This document shows, piece after piece, positions 48,537 through 58,622 of a DNA stretch of 64,000 nucleotides. The stretch covers positions 1,632,001-1,696,000 of the forward strand of contig OY969706.1 in assembly GCA_963702095.1 (NCBI GenBank). The letters run 5' to 3'. This DNA is from Candidatus Bathyarchaeota archaeon. Its GTDB lineage: Archaea > Thermoproteota > Bathyarchaeia > Bathyarchaeales > Bathycorpusculaceae. Position 1 is the stretch's first letter, and every line of letters begins with the position of its first letter. Under the pieces are notes generated by a model. The model saw only the letters and a list, made by a program, of their open reading frames with translations. It was not told the origin of the DNA and did no database searches. The position numbers and the translations under genes were made by a program.

Positions 48537-49331
48537 TTAGCCCAGAACCGAATGAACCAGCAGCCAAACAACGTCGCCGAATGTTAAAGCAACAATCAAA
48601 CCTAACGTCACAAAAATCAACATAGGCAACCCAGGAGTCGCCCAAACATAGCAGCTGATTTTTCCTTGGTTTGCTGCGTTGGAGAGGCGTTCAACGATTT
48701 TGTCACGCCCCTCATCGTGTGGGACTACGACGAGTTTACGGTTTAAATCCACGTTTTGGTCATCAACGTCTTCCATGGGGAAGATATGCCATTTTTCCTT
48801 TACTGTGCAAATGTCCATTTTGTAACCTGTTATGAGGACAAGGAGTTTTTTACCCACTGATTCATGTTCGAGGCTTCCTGAGAACATCTTGGTTTTGTTT
48901 TTGCTGTGCCAAAATACGTTGCGGAGGACCATGTAGACGCCACTTGCCGCTGCGAATAGAACAGAGTTGCCGAAGATGGTTATGGGGAAAATGATGTCTG
49001 AAATAGGCGAAGCCGCTGAAGCTACTATGGGGGTGAACAATGCGATGGGAGCGAAGGGTATAGCGAGTGCGATGCACATGAATGCTTTGGAGTCTGCGCC
49101 GCCGAAGCCGCCAGTATAGAAAAGCAGCAAAGCTATAGCCGAGGTGACGCCGAAGCTTAGGGCAAAGAGGACCAAGTTGCCTTGTTCGAAGAGGAGTAGT
49201 TCAGTCAAGGTTAACGCTAACGCTATTGGAGCGTAAATTGCCCATACTTTGTTGCTGACCTCTCGGGTTTTGTAGTCTCTCCACGACGCATAGATTAAGA
49301 CGGTTAAGGTTACGGCTACGCTTGCCGCCAA
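48537..49331 (-). CDS. Prepilin/prearchaellin peptidase (A24, PibD/FlaK-like)
   Basis: SWRDYKTREV (first Asp), GGADSK (GxGD-type second Asp) and WATPGLPM C-terminal motif. Start uncertain. Confidence 0.88.
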   Translation of the reverse strand: MAASVAVTLTVLIYASWRDYKTREVSNKVWAIYAPIALALTLTELLLFEQGNLVLFALSFGVTSAIALLLFYTGGFGGADSKAFMCIALAIPFAPIALFTPIVASAASPISDIIFPITIFGNSVLFAAASGVYMVLRNVFWHSKNKTKMFSGSLEHESVGKKLLVLITGYKMDICTVKEKWHIFPMEDVDDQNVDLNRKLVVVPHDEGRDKIVERLSNAANQGKISCYVWATPGLPMLIFVTLGLIVALTFGDVVWLLVHSVLG

Positions 49332-49529
49332 GAGATAAGTCTGTAAGGGGTGTATCTGAATTGCTCCTTTTCCGTTATAATGGTAGGGTGAGGTTAGTTT
49401 AGGCTAATAAGATTTTGTCGGTAATACGGATATCTGACAACAGTATATCAAATCGATAATTTGTTTTTCTAGTGTTAGATGAAGGCAGAGGGTCCCTTGC
49501 TCATCTTCTTCCTATGGGCTGGGTAAACG

Positions 49530-49596
49530 GTTGTGTTTTGGGTTCTGCCTTGCAAACGGGTTGCTGGCTGGTTGTGGACAAATCCGCAAGCAGCTT
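49530..49596 (-). repeat. Dispersed intergenic repeat family 2 (inverted relative to the 35.1-kb copy)
   Basis: tggttgtggacaaatccgcaagcag at 49569-49593. Confidence 0.8.
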
Positions 49597-49648
49597 CCAG
49601 TTAAAGCAAGTGCTAAGTACAAGACAAAGCAAAAGAGGCTCTCTGTGC

Positions 49649-52600
49649 CTAACGTATCGGTGTCACTATCAAAGTCGGCGGATACTCTGCTAAAATCCAG
49701 AGCCCCATTGGAGTGGTGGCATCGTAGAAGTTGCAGATAGGCGTGTTGCTGCTGTCAAATGTTGCAACTACTCCCTGCCAAGTGATGTCGTAGGGCGTGC
49801 GGAATGCAACTTGCTTAGGTGGGTCGTAAATAACGGGAAACAACTCCAGCGTAGTGGTGCTTGTTTTAAGGCCGCCTTTAGATGTACTACTGGGGAAGCT
49901 ATCGAATGCGTAGAGTCGCATGTTTTGGGTGTCACTAAACATTATACCTGCGCCTTTGCCGCTGTCCTGCATAAACTGCATAAAATGGTGGTCGGTGTAG
50001 CCGCTGCTTGCATAGTTGGGGTATGTTGCTGTTCCGTTGACTACGATTGGGAAGTCTGCAAGGGTTCCGTTTTCTGCCTGCAGCGTAGGCGAATTAACCG
50101 ATGTCGTAAGTGATAGTGGGCAAAGGTCTGTTATGGTTCTTGACGGGGTTGAGTCGATGAACATTAATCGTAATTGATAGTTGTAGTAGGTTGCGTTGGC
50201 TGGGAGCAGAATTATTATGTTAGCGTACATGTTGGGGCAGTCTTCTGCGCCGCCTCCTGAACCGGCAGTTCCCCATTCCGATTCCTCCATCGCTATGTCG
50301 CGAACTATGCCATGGTGAATGACCAGCGAGGTTCCTGAACCGTAGGTGCTTGCTTCCTGATTAGCCCGCATAAACGTCGCTGTACTGTAAGTGCTGGTTC
50401 CTGCAACTGTTGCTTTGACTGTTCCACCTGAGAAGACAAGGGACAAGTTGCCGTTGTTGTATGTGCTTGAACCGGTATTATCAGCAGTAAAGAAGCGGTT
50501 AGTGTATGCCATCGGAGTCTGGGCTGCCGCATCGCTGCCGTCCCACCAAATCGTAAAATCAGTCACATGACTGTTTAGGAGGAACACTATCATTTGGCGG
50601 TTGCTAAAAACGGTAGCGTTGCTGGTTAGGCCCAGTGGAATTTGGTAGTTGGATGCCCAATCTTCAATCTGGAAAGGCACCTCTTGGTTTACGCCGTTTA
50701 TTGTTTGGTTTACATGGATTGCTTTTACTGAAACTGGAGGAATAGGTATGGTTTGGCCGCCGGTTACCTGCATGTTTTGCCCCAGCCACCGCATCGTGCC
50801 GTTTTGTAGCAACTCAACAGTGAAGGTGGATTGTTGACGGTTTACGAGGAACGTTATGTCTGGTTCGTCTTTGAGGTAGACACAGTCGATGTTGTATGTG
50901 TCGGGTGCTGGGTCGGTTAAGTCGTTGCTGCCGACGAAACGTATGGTTAGATTGGACGAGTCAATGTATGGAGCGAGTGAGACATTGTTGAATTGATTAG
51001 GAACCAAACTCATCAAATTCATCCATGTACCGCCATGCAGCACCTGCACAACCAGGGGTTCAGACCCCATGGTGCCGGTTTTTATGCAGAGGTCCTGCCG
51101 GGCGATGGAGGCGTTAACGTTTAACCATTGCTCCTGTAGGTTGACTGCGTAATTGGTGAATTGGGAAGTGAAGCGGGCAAGGTCAAGTTTTAGGTCGAAT
51201 TGGGCAGCGCTTGTATTGGTTGCGGTTACCATGAGTTTCCAGCCGTAGCTTGAATTGCGGTAGTTTGTGGGGTTAGAGGTGATGGTTTGGGTTTGCAGTG
51301 AATCGCTAGTGCCCAACTCTGTGTTAATGAAGCCGTCGCCGCCTGCAGGATACCCAGTTACAGTGTTATATAGTTGCAGCGTGCAACTGGCGGTGTCTGC
51401 GGATACTGCGCTGTCAACTGCCCAAGTTAGCTGTTGCCAACTGATAGAGTCGGAGTTGCCCATTAGCTCAGCTTGGACCGTGTACTGAGCTGGCGACCGA
51501 ATAGGTGCAGTATATACAATAGCGGTAATTGTCGGTATACAAGTGGGTATCAGGGTCAGGCCATGGATTGCCATAGTTTTCACTATCATAGTAACCTTGA
51601 TTTGAAGAATAAATCTCACCGATAGAAACGCTCCCATGATATCCTTCACTCCCCCATACCACAAAAATGTATTCGGTGTTTGCATCCAGCATGGGCTTTA
51701 TCACAAAATTGAAAGTAGTCCAAGAACCAGTGGTGACACCAACAGATTGTTCGGGTGTGCTTCCCACGAGGACATGGTTGGTTGTGTATATTGCAGCTTT
51801 AACCGTGGCACTTCTTGAACCTACAATAAGGTAAGCAGAGATAGATTCCGCTCGTCCCCCATTGCCAACCGTGAAAGCTGAACCTCTAATATAATCATCT
51901 AAGTCTTGACCCGTGGATTGCGCGGTTGTATATCCTACATTGGTAGTTCCAGAGAAAGCGGAAGGATACGAGTGAAGCTGCAGATAGCTGCCATCGTTTC
52001 TCATTGTGTCAGAGGTTATGTTGCCTGAGCTTTGACTGATAGTAGTTGATCCCAGCAGGTTGACGCCGACAGGGTAGTAATTGAGCGCGCCCAGTCCATT
52101 AGCCTGCTCTGTTATGGCGTCATAGACGCTGTCGGGGCCATTCTGCTGTGCCGCAAAGTTGCTGTGGGTTCCCGTGATGTTTTGGTTAGCTTGGTCGACG
52201 TAATCAAGCAGTTGGCTCCAGGCGCTTGAATTCCAAGAGACCGAGGTAGTGAACCCAGTGAAGGAAGAAACTAGAGCCATCAACCCTCTTGTGTCGCTGA
52301 TTTGAAGGACATAGGCGTTGCTGGCTAAATTCGGCGGCAAATCCAATACATAGGTGCCGTTGACATATGAAGCGATGTTTGCTGGAGAAGATAAGTTCCA
52401 AACTGATTCTTCATAATTGTAAGTATAGAATTGAAGGTTCTCTTTTCCCAAGTTAATGAGCGGTTCATCTCCATCACGCAAAATAATCAGTTGGGTCTTG
52501 GTCGGGGAAGGCGCACCGACTACTTGCACGTTTAAACTGATGGAGGCGTTATAGTTTACACCGTAGATGCCCATGCCCGTCAAGTTATAATTAACGTTGA

Positions 52601-52979
52601 TTTCGCCTTGGCTGTAGCTTTCGTTTGAAAACCAGTTTGCGCCAAGTGATAAGTTGTTTAAACTAAAAACTGCGCCCCATTCAGGGTTAACATCGCCGAT
52701 GTTGGCAAGTCCACTATCTAAGTAGTTGGTTGCTAACTGCTCCGCATAGGTGTTGTTGCCGGTGACTTTAAGGACAGAACCGTAGTAGCCTACGGTGAAA
52801 CCCAAGATTTCTCTTATGCCTAGGTTGGTTTCGTCTATGGCGCTTAAGAGTTGAGGTTGATCACCTGTGGCACCGTAATGTATCGACGTATAGGTTGTGA
52901 CTACGGCTGCAACCAGAACCACGGCAACCAATAGGGCTGCTATAACGGAGAATTGGCCTTTACTGTTAAATCGCTTCAT
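49649..52979 (-). CDS. Large pilin-like adhesin (T4P locus 2), split by an apparent +1 frameshift near 51490
   Basis: Class III signal NSKG|QFSVIAALLVAVVL. The two ORFs overlap in a +1 phase and join as ...YCTYSVA.QYTVQAE, about 1100 aa, S/T/N-rich. Confidence 0.7.
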
Positions 52980-54287
52980 TTAGTTACCTCCTGCTAAACC
53001 AAGCTGCAGAACAACCAGCCGCGAAGTCCCCGTCGCCGTGTATTCTGAAGCGTAAACTCTGGGATGATAATACGATAAGAGACTTAGCGCTGTCATGCGC
53101 ACATCTGGGGTTCGGGTTAAACCCAAAGCCAAAAACGATCCAGTTATGGTGGTAGTTCCGTGAGTGTAGAGAGTTCCTGGGTAATAGTGTGTGCCAGAAG
53201 CGGAGATTGGATCCAGTACGTTTACGCCTACTGAAAGATGATACGTTGCGAATATCGATTCCATGAGCGTTCTTGTGGCAGTTTGAGTTGATGATGGGTA
53301 AATTCCATAGTAGTTGCAGGCATCTAATGCGATTTGGGTAAGTGTTGCCTGTCTAGTGGTGCTGTCAACTGCGCTTCCACTGGTGCTGTATGCTTGGTTG
53401 TCTAAGCCCTTAAGAAACGCTATGGAGCCGCCTCCACCAGTTTGCTGCATACCAAATATACCCCATTTATTCTGATCATTTTCAAAAGCTACTGTATTAC
53501 TAACGTAGTAGAAGGGGTAGCCGACTATGCTTGCCCAAGTCCAATTGTACATGTTAACTTTCTGTCCCAGATACCAACTGTAGTAGGCATAGCCGCCCTG
53601 TGAATAGGGTAATTTGCAGTAGTCGCTGGGTATGGGCACGGCTTCTCCGCAAGTGTTGATGATGATTGCGTTGTTGAGGGTTTCACCGTGGATGGACGTT
53701 CCGCCTAATATTTGGGCAAACTGCGAAGTATTTTGGATCATCACTGTATTGACAAAATACGGGGACAGCAAAGTGTAGAGGTCTTGGGCTAAACTTTGAG
53801 CAGTATACCCCGTAATCCACCAGCCGTTTGCGTCACTGCAGTTTAAGATATAGAGAGTTCCGCCGTTTCCAACACCAATTTTGTCTGGAGTAACGTTGAA
53901 GGTTACGTTTGAAGAGGCAACGGTGTAGGATGAGACATCATTTGTTCCAACTATGTTCTGCGCGTTGGAGAAGGAATCCACACGACTGTAGAGTTGGCCA
54001 CCAGTGTCATTTATGTCGTAGACCGTGAGGTTGTAAATTATGTTTGGAGGCAGAGATGCAGCTAACGCGGCTTGGAGTCCCCCCCAAACCGTGGCGTTGT
54101 CGGTTTCAAATGCGGCTTGGCTTAAACCATAGTTGGAGTCAAGCATCTGTAACGTGGTAAAGGAGAGGCGCCTGAGGTTTATCGGGGCAACTTCTCTGGG
54201 CGAAGGCAAAACTGCAAAGTACGAGACCGCTATGAAGGCGCCTGAGAGTATGATTATGACAAAGAGAATTTCTATTGTGCGAATCAT
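52980..54287 (-). CDS. Pilin-like protein (T4P locus 2) with large insertion
   Basis: MIRTIEILF...; N- and C-termini (YNLTVY, VVLQLGL) match the 142-aa paralog at 4084-4512. Confidence 0.65.
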   Translation of the reverse strand: MIRTIEILFVIIILSGAFIAVSYFAVLPSPREVAPINLRRLSFTTLQMLDSNYGLSQAAFETDNATVWGGLQAALAASLPPNIIYNLTVYDINDTGGQLYSRVDSFSNAQNIVGTNDVSSYTVASSNVTFNVTPDKIGVGNGGTLYILNCSDANGWWITGYTAQSLAQDLYTLLSPYFVNTVMIQNTSQFAQILGGTSIHGETLNNAIIINTCGEAVPIPSDYCKLPYSQGGYAYYSWYLGQKVNMYNWTWASIVGYPFYYVSNTVAFENDQNKWGIFGMQQTGGGGSIAFLKGLDNQAYSTSGSAVDSTTRQATLTQIALDACNYYGIYPSSTQTATRTLMESIFATYHLSVGVNVLDPISASGTHYYPGTLYTHGTTTITGSFLALGLTRTPDVRMTALSLLSYYHPRVYASEYTATGTSRLVVLQLGLAGGN

Positions 54288-55519
54288 CAGCTACTCCCCG
54301 CGTGACCCCCAAAATTCCAGAGGTCAAGTTTAGCTTGATAGGCGATTCCTCCGATGGTGATTTGGCGGAGGTCTGTCGTCACCCAATCCTGACCCGCTGC
54401 GTTACCGCCCAGGGTTATCGGGAACCCCAGCGAACCCAATCCCCAAGGCGCCAACACGATGCCGTATTGACCTGCATTGGTTTTGTAGGCTACAAAGAGT
54501 ATACCCGCATTGTTGGGAACGGTTACTTTTGTGTAGTCCTGGGTGCTGCCGGGACCGTAATCGATTGTGCCCTCAGCATTGTTTAGGATTACTTGGCGCA
54601 GAGTGTACTCTTCGGTTAAGATGGCGAAGGTCGCGTTGTAACTTAGTTGTGTGTAGATGGGGTTCTGTGGTGGAGGACCGACTGAATCACTGTGGGCAAG
54701 GCGTATGGTTTGGTTTTGGAAGCTATCGATCAGCGGCACCACGGTCTTAGCAGTAGATGAATCTACATGCACATAGTACCCGACGCCTTTGAGCCCATAA
54801 AGATGAACATAGACGACAAGCGCATAGGAGCGGCTTTCTCCGTTTATCCCTGGAAAAGAAATTGTCTGCACGTTTCCCGCTCCATCGGTCACTGCGTTGC
54901 CACTTATTATCGTGTAGGATGGGTAGGGGTTTGAGTCTTGGTTAACTATAATCAGGTTGTAGGTGGCTTCTGCGTTGGCTAAGGAGAGCCCTGTTCCCGA
55001 CGCATAAACGCTAAATTGCAATGGAGAACCAGTAGACGTCTTGGTTACAGTAACCGCTATAGTCGGCGTTAGGGATAGTTCGAAGCCGTATGTGCCGTTT
55101 ACACCCAGAAGCTTCGACGCCGCCGAGTAACTGACGGTTTGAGATGGAGAAGTTAGTAGATAGGCGCCGTACCCAGCTGTTATGTTGCTGTAGTCTAAGC
55201 CTGTCCGCGGATAATTAACGGACGGCATCGTGGTTGAAGTTAATCGCATAGTGGAGAAGGAGCTAAGTTTGTACTGGCTGAACTCGACGTCCTGCAACCC
55301 AAGCGCTGCTGGTGCAGTGTCGACTAATGACCAATTCTGAGGTAATCCTGGATTGAGCAGTACAGTGTCAAGGAGATCGCTGGTTTTAGTTGACATCGCA
55401 GTATGCTGCTGATAGGACAACGCTGTTTGGATGGATTGGCTAAAGAACCCGATGAAAATCACTAATGCGGCGATGAAGATTACCAGCGAAAGCATGTGGT
55501 CCAGCGCAGCACTTGCCAC
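54287..55519 (-). CDS. Pilin-like accessory protein (T4P locus 2)
   Basis: N-terminal TM, NPGLPQNW motif and C-terminal ITIGGIAY. Paralog of 4509-5540. Confidence 0.65.
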   Translation of the reverse strand: MASAALDHMLSLVIFIAALVIFIGFFSQSIQTALSYQQHTAMSTKTSDLLDTVLLNPGLPQNWSLVDTAPAALGLQDVEFSQYKLSSFSTMRLTSTTMPSVNYPRTGLDYSNITAGYGAYLLTSPSQTVSYSAASKLLGVNGTYGFELSLTPTIAVTVTKTSTGSPLQFSVYASGTGLSLANAEATYNLIIVNQDSNPYPSYTIISGNAVTDGAGNVQTISFPGINGESRSYALVVYVHLYGLKGVGYYVHVDSSTAKTVVPLIDSFQNQTIRLAHSDSVGPPPQNPIYTQLSYNATFAILTEEYTLRQVILNNAEGTIDYGPGSTQDYTKVTVPNNAGILFVAYKTNAGQYGIVLAPWGLGSLGFPITLGGNAAGQDWVTTDLRQITIGGIAYQAKLDLWNFGGHAGSS

Positions 55520-56002
55520 TTAGGCTCCTCCGAAAGACAGAACGATGTTGCCGGCGGTTTTTTCCGCGGTTAACCCAAGATTGTTATCTATATCGGTACT
55601 GTTAAAGGTCAAGTTGTCCTGCCAGTCAATGTTATCGCCTAAGGTGACCAGCGTAGAGCAAACGCCCTTAATGGAGATATAATTTAGCGTGATGTTCATG
55701 ATTTCGTTTGAAGAACCCACAAATGTAACATGCTTTAGCGTTACTGTATATGCATATTCCTCAATTGTCACTGGAATATCGAGATTCATTTTGAGCGTTC
55801 CGTTGATGATTGAAGCGTGGTTTATAGTGTAGTATAACTGCTGGATGGCGCTTCCTAGATGCCCCGCCGTTTCCTGCAATTCTAACTCGCGGTGTGAATC
55901 GGTATACGTATTCATGATTGTCACGGCGACTAAGGGGAAAAGGAAAATCTGCAGAATCAACACGGGAATCATAATCATGTATTCAATAGTTACCTGTGTC
56001 AT
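55520..56002 (-). CDS. Pilin-like protein (T4P locus 2)
   Basis: MTQVTIEYMIMIP: Q..IEY pilin-like N-terminus with a hydrophobic helix. Confidence 0.65.
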   Translation of the reverse strand: MTQVTIEYMIMIPVLILQIFLFPLVAVTIMNTYTDSHRELELQETAGHLGSAIQQLYYTINHASIINGTLKMNLDIPVTIEEYAYTVTLKHVTFVGSSNEIMNITLNYISIKGVCSTLVTLGDNIDWQDNLTFNSTDIDNNLGLTAEKTAGNIVLSFGGA

Positions 56003-56013
56003 ACCCTGTCCTC

Positions 56014-56880
56014 CTATGTGGCTCCTATCGATACCTGCACTTTCCCAACATAGAACTCTACAATTGAGTTGGGGCTTAACTTGGGAGTAGATGTACTGTT
56101 GAGTGTGATAGTAGTGCTTTTGAAGTTGAAAAACGAGCCGTCAAAACCTGAGGTGGCTCGGGGAAAACTAACTGTTATGGCAACTTGGTCTACGCCGCTT
56201 CGAGAAAACTTCGAGATACCTTCACCCGTCAGAGTTAACGATTGGGACAAATACGGGCTGGTGCCGTTTTGCAGACTGGGCAAGTAAAATTTGAAGTAAC
56301 TCGAATTTTGAGCACCTACAATCGTTGACGTTAAAACCCTCATGGTCGGTGCCAGAACCGATCGCAGATAGCCTCCATCTGCCATGGGCAGTTTTTGTGT
56401 GCAGAACACTTGGCCCACAGGCGCCGATGCGTCAGAGAGCAAAAAAGAGTTGTTCGCATATAAGGGGAAACGTTCGAAGTGGCCGTTGCCCATCTGGTAT
56501 ATGTCAATAGGCATATTATAGAGGATTACCCCCGTGGAACCATCCAAAGGTAGAGTTTCCCAGCCGGAGCTTGTGTGCACGCTAAAGGTGTAGGTGAGGG
56601 TTAAATCTTGGAATTTGACGTTTCCAAAGTGATTGGCGAATGTGACTGTTTGGGTGCGTCCGATGGTCCAAGCTATATCATCCATCTGTTTCCCCGTGGT
56701 CTGCATGAAACTCTTGCTACTGCTGAATTCGTTTTCTGCCAGCTTCTGGTTCATTATATTACCGGCATAAGTCATCGCGACAAGGATCAGGACTATACCT
56801 GCCCCTGTAAGTATCACCGTGGAAATAGCGGGGCTTACCGCACGCTTGTCACTGCCTAAGCTGAGTCGAGTGAAGTTCAT
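56014..56880 (-). CDS. Pilin-like protein (T4P locus 2)
   Basis: Class III signal DKRA|VSPAISTVILTGA. Confidence 0.75.
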   Translation of the reverse strand: MNFTRLSLGSDKRAVSPAISTVILTGAGIVLILVAMTYAGNIMNQKLAENEFSSSKSFMQTTGKQMDDIAWTIGRTQTVTFANHFGNVKFQDLTLTYTFSVHTSSGWETLPLDGSTGVILYNMPIDIYQMGNGHFERFPLYANNSFLLSDASAPVGQVFCTQKLPMADGGYLRSVLAPTMRVLTSTIVGAQNSSYFKFYLPSLQNGTSPYLSQSLTLTGEGISKFSRSGVDQVAITVSFPRATSGFDGSFFNFKSTTITLNSTSTPKLSPNSIVEFYVGKVQVSIGAT

Positions 56881-56891
56881 AGCGATATCTC

Positions 56892-58622
56892 CTATGTTAG
56901 TTTAATGAATTGCGGAATCAGTTTAGCCGCGACCACTGCAATTATGACTAGGATGGCGGCGTGTTTTAGTCCTGAAGCGATGGAGTCGTCGCTTATTTTT
57001 CCTGCAACGATGCCGATTAGGTAGCTGTGGAAAATCACTGAGGAGATGAATATGGTTGACATCAAGCTGTTGTCCTGTGTCGGCGAGGTTACGCCCGGAA
57101 CTGTTATGCCGGTTGTTAAGCCCATCATCATCACAGTCGTTGCTACCAGTAGAATCGAAGCCAAATACGGCATCATAACGTAGGGGCGAACGCTCATCTT
57201 CTTCTCTTTTTCAACTTCCTGGGTCATGTTGTTGAAGCGAGCCAGCGAGTCAATCATTGCTATGGTACCGCCGCCCACGTCGATGGTTTCCACCAGCAGA
57301 AACATAACTATCTGCACCATCCAACTGCGGGTTCGACGCAGAAAATCAGTCATGACTTTCTTGATAGGTATACCCCAACTGATGTCACTGCTGATTTTCC
57401 TCAGTTCCTTACTAAATGCGCCATAATCACGTCTCGAGAGACTTTCAATGCACTTCTCAGGCGACAACCCTGTCTTGCGGACCTCTGTTAGGTCGCGGAG
57501 AAAGTTTGCGACTCCTTGCTCCATGCTCTGTTTAACGCTGGATAATCTCATATGTAAGACGGCAGCGGGGGCAGCGGATATGAAGAGTGAAATGGCTATG
57601 GCGATGGGTAAATCTAAGCCTATAGCTTGTAGTTGAGTGAAAACTGGTAGCTGTATTGCACCCATAAAATTGGTGAGTAAGAGGAACACTACGACGGCGA
57701 AGACGCAGCAAATACCATAGAGTTTGTAGGGACGCATATCTGTTTGCGGCGTCTTGGATTGCATGGTGTGCGCTAAATAAATAAACATAATCGAGAGCAT
57801 GGGCGTGAAGATGAAGGTGTACATTAACATGCCCGAGTAAGAAGAGAGGTCTGCGTTTGCCGCCGATGCTGCGGTACCTGTCTGGACGTTATTGACGGCG
57901 AAGAGGATGTAGAAGCAAAGCGACATCATGACCTCCACGATGATGAAGGTTTCCAGAAGCATACCTAACCGGTCAGCCGCTGCCTTCACACGGAACCCTC
58001 GGGCTTTGAAGATGTCTTCTGCTTTGCGTTCCAAGAAGTGGCCGATGTCTCCGCCGATGACGACGGTGGATGCGTAGCCGCCCAAGAAATCTTTGAAGAG
58101 GTCCAACGGAGTCTTCTTGGCGGCAACCTCAAGGGAAGTTAAGGGGTCAACGCCGAAGATTTCTACGTCTTTAACGATGTCCCGTGCCTCTTTACTCATG
58201 GCGGGCATTAGGTTGACTTCGGTTAAGCGTTTAAAGCTGCTGTATGGCGCAATACCTCCTGACGACATGACGCTGATGTAGGCTGCGGCAAACGGCAACT
58301 CCCGCTCTAGCCCCGTGGAGCGGTCGCTTGCGTTGTTCATGGGCACAAGCACGAAACCTGCGACGATGAAAAGAGGCAGGCAAACCAGTACAAGAAGCGG
58401 CAGGACGCCAAAGGTTAACGCTGCATACGCCGCGGCAACCGAAACTGGAATAGTCAGTATAGCCGTGAAAAGCATCATGGAAATGTAGGTTTCAGAGTAA
58501 ATTTTCACCCTGCCCTTCTCCAACGAAGCTTTTGTGGAAGGGAAAACTTTGGTAAGGATGAACGGTGCTAATTTCCCGAAGAGGCGGAATGAGAGGGCTT
58601 CAAATTTATTTAGTAACGGCAA
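56892..58622 (-). CDS. Type IV pilus platform membrane protein (TadC/FlaJ-like)
   Basis: ERELPFAAAYISVMSSGG and FLRDLTEVRKTGLSPEK motifs. Paralog of 5541-7055. Confidence 0.9.
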   Translation of the reverse strand: MPLLNKFEALSFRLFGKLAPFILTKVFPSTKASLEKGRVKIYSETYISMMLFTAILTIPVSVAAAYAALTFGVLPLLVLVCLPLFIVAGFVLVPMNNASDRSTGLERELPFAAAYISVMSSGGIAPYSSFKRLTEVNLMPAMSKEARDIVKDVEIFGVDPLTSLEVAAKKTPLDLFKDFLGGYASTVVIGGDIGHFLERKAEDIFKARGFRVKAAADRLGMLLETFIIVEVMMSLCFYILFAVNNVQTGTAASAANADLSSYSGMLMYTFIFTPMLSIMFIYLAHTMQSKTPQTDMRPYKLYGICCVFAVVVFLLLTNFMGAIQLPVFTQLQAIGLDLPIAIAISLFISAAPAAVLHMRLSSVKQSMEQGVANFLRDLTEVRKTGLSPEKCIESLSRRDYGAFSKELRKISSDISWGIPIKKVMTDFLRRTRSWMVQIVMFLLVETIDVGGGTIAMIDSLARFNNMTQEVEKEKKMSVRPYVMMPYLASILLVATTVMMMGLTTGITVPGVTSPTQDNSLMSTIFISSVIFHSYLIGIVAGKISDDSIASGLKHAAILVIIAVVAAKLIPQFIKLT

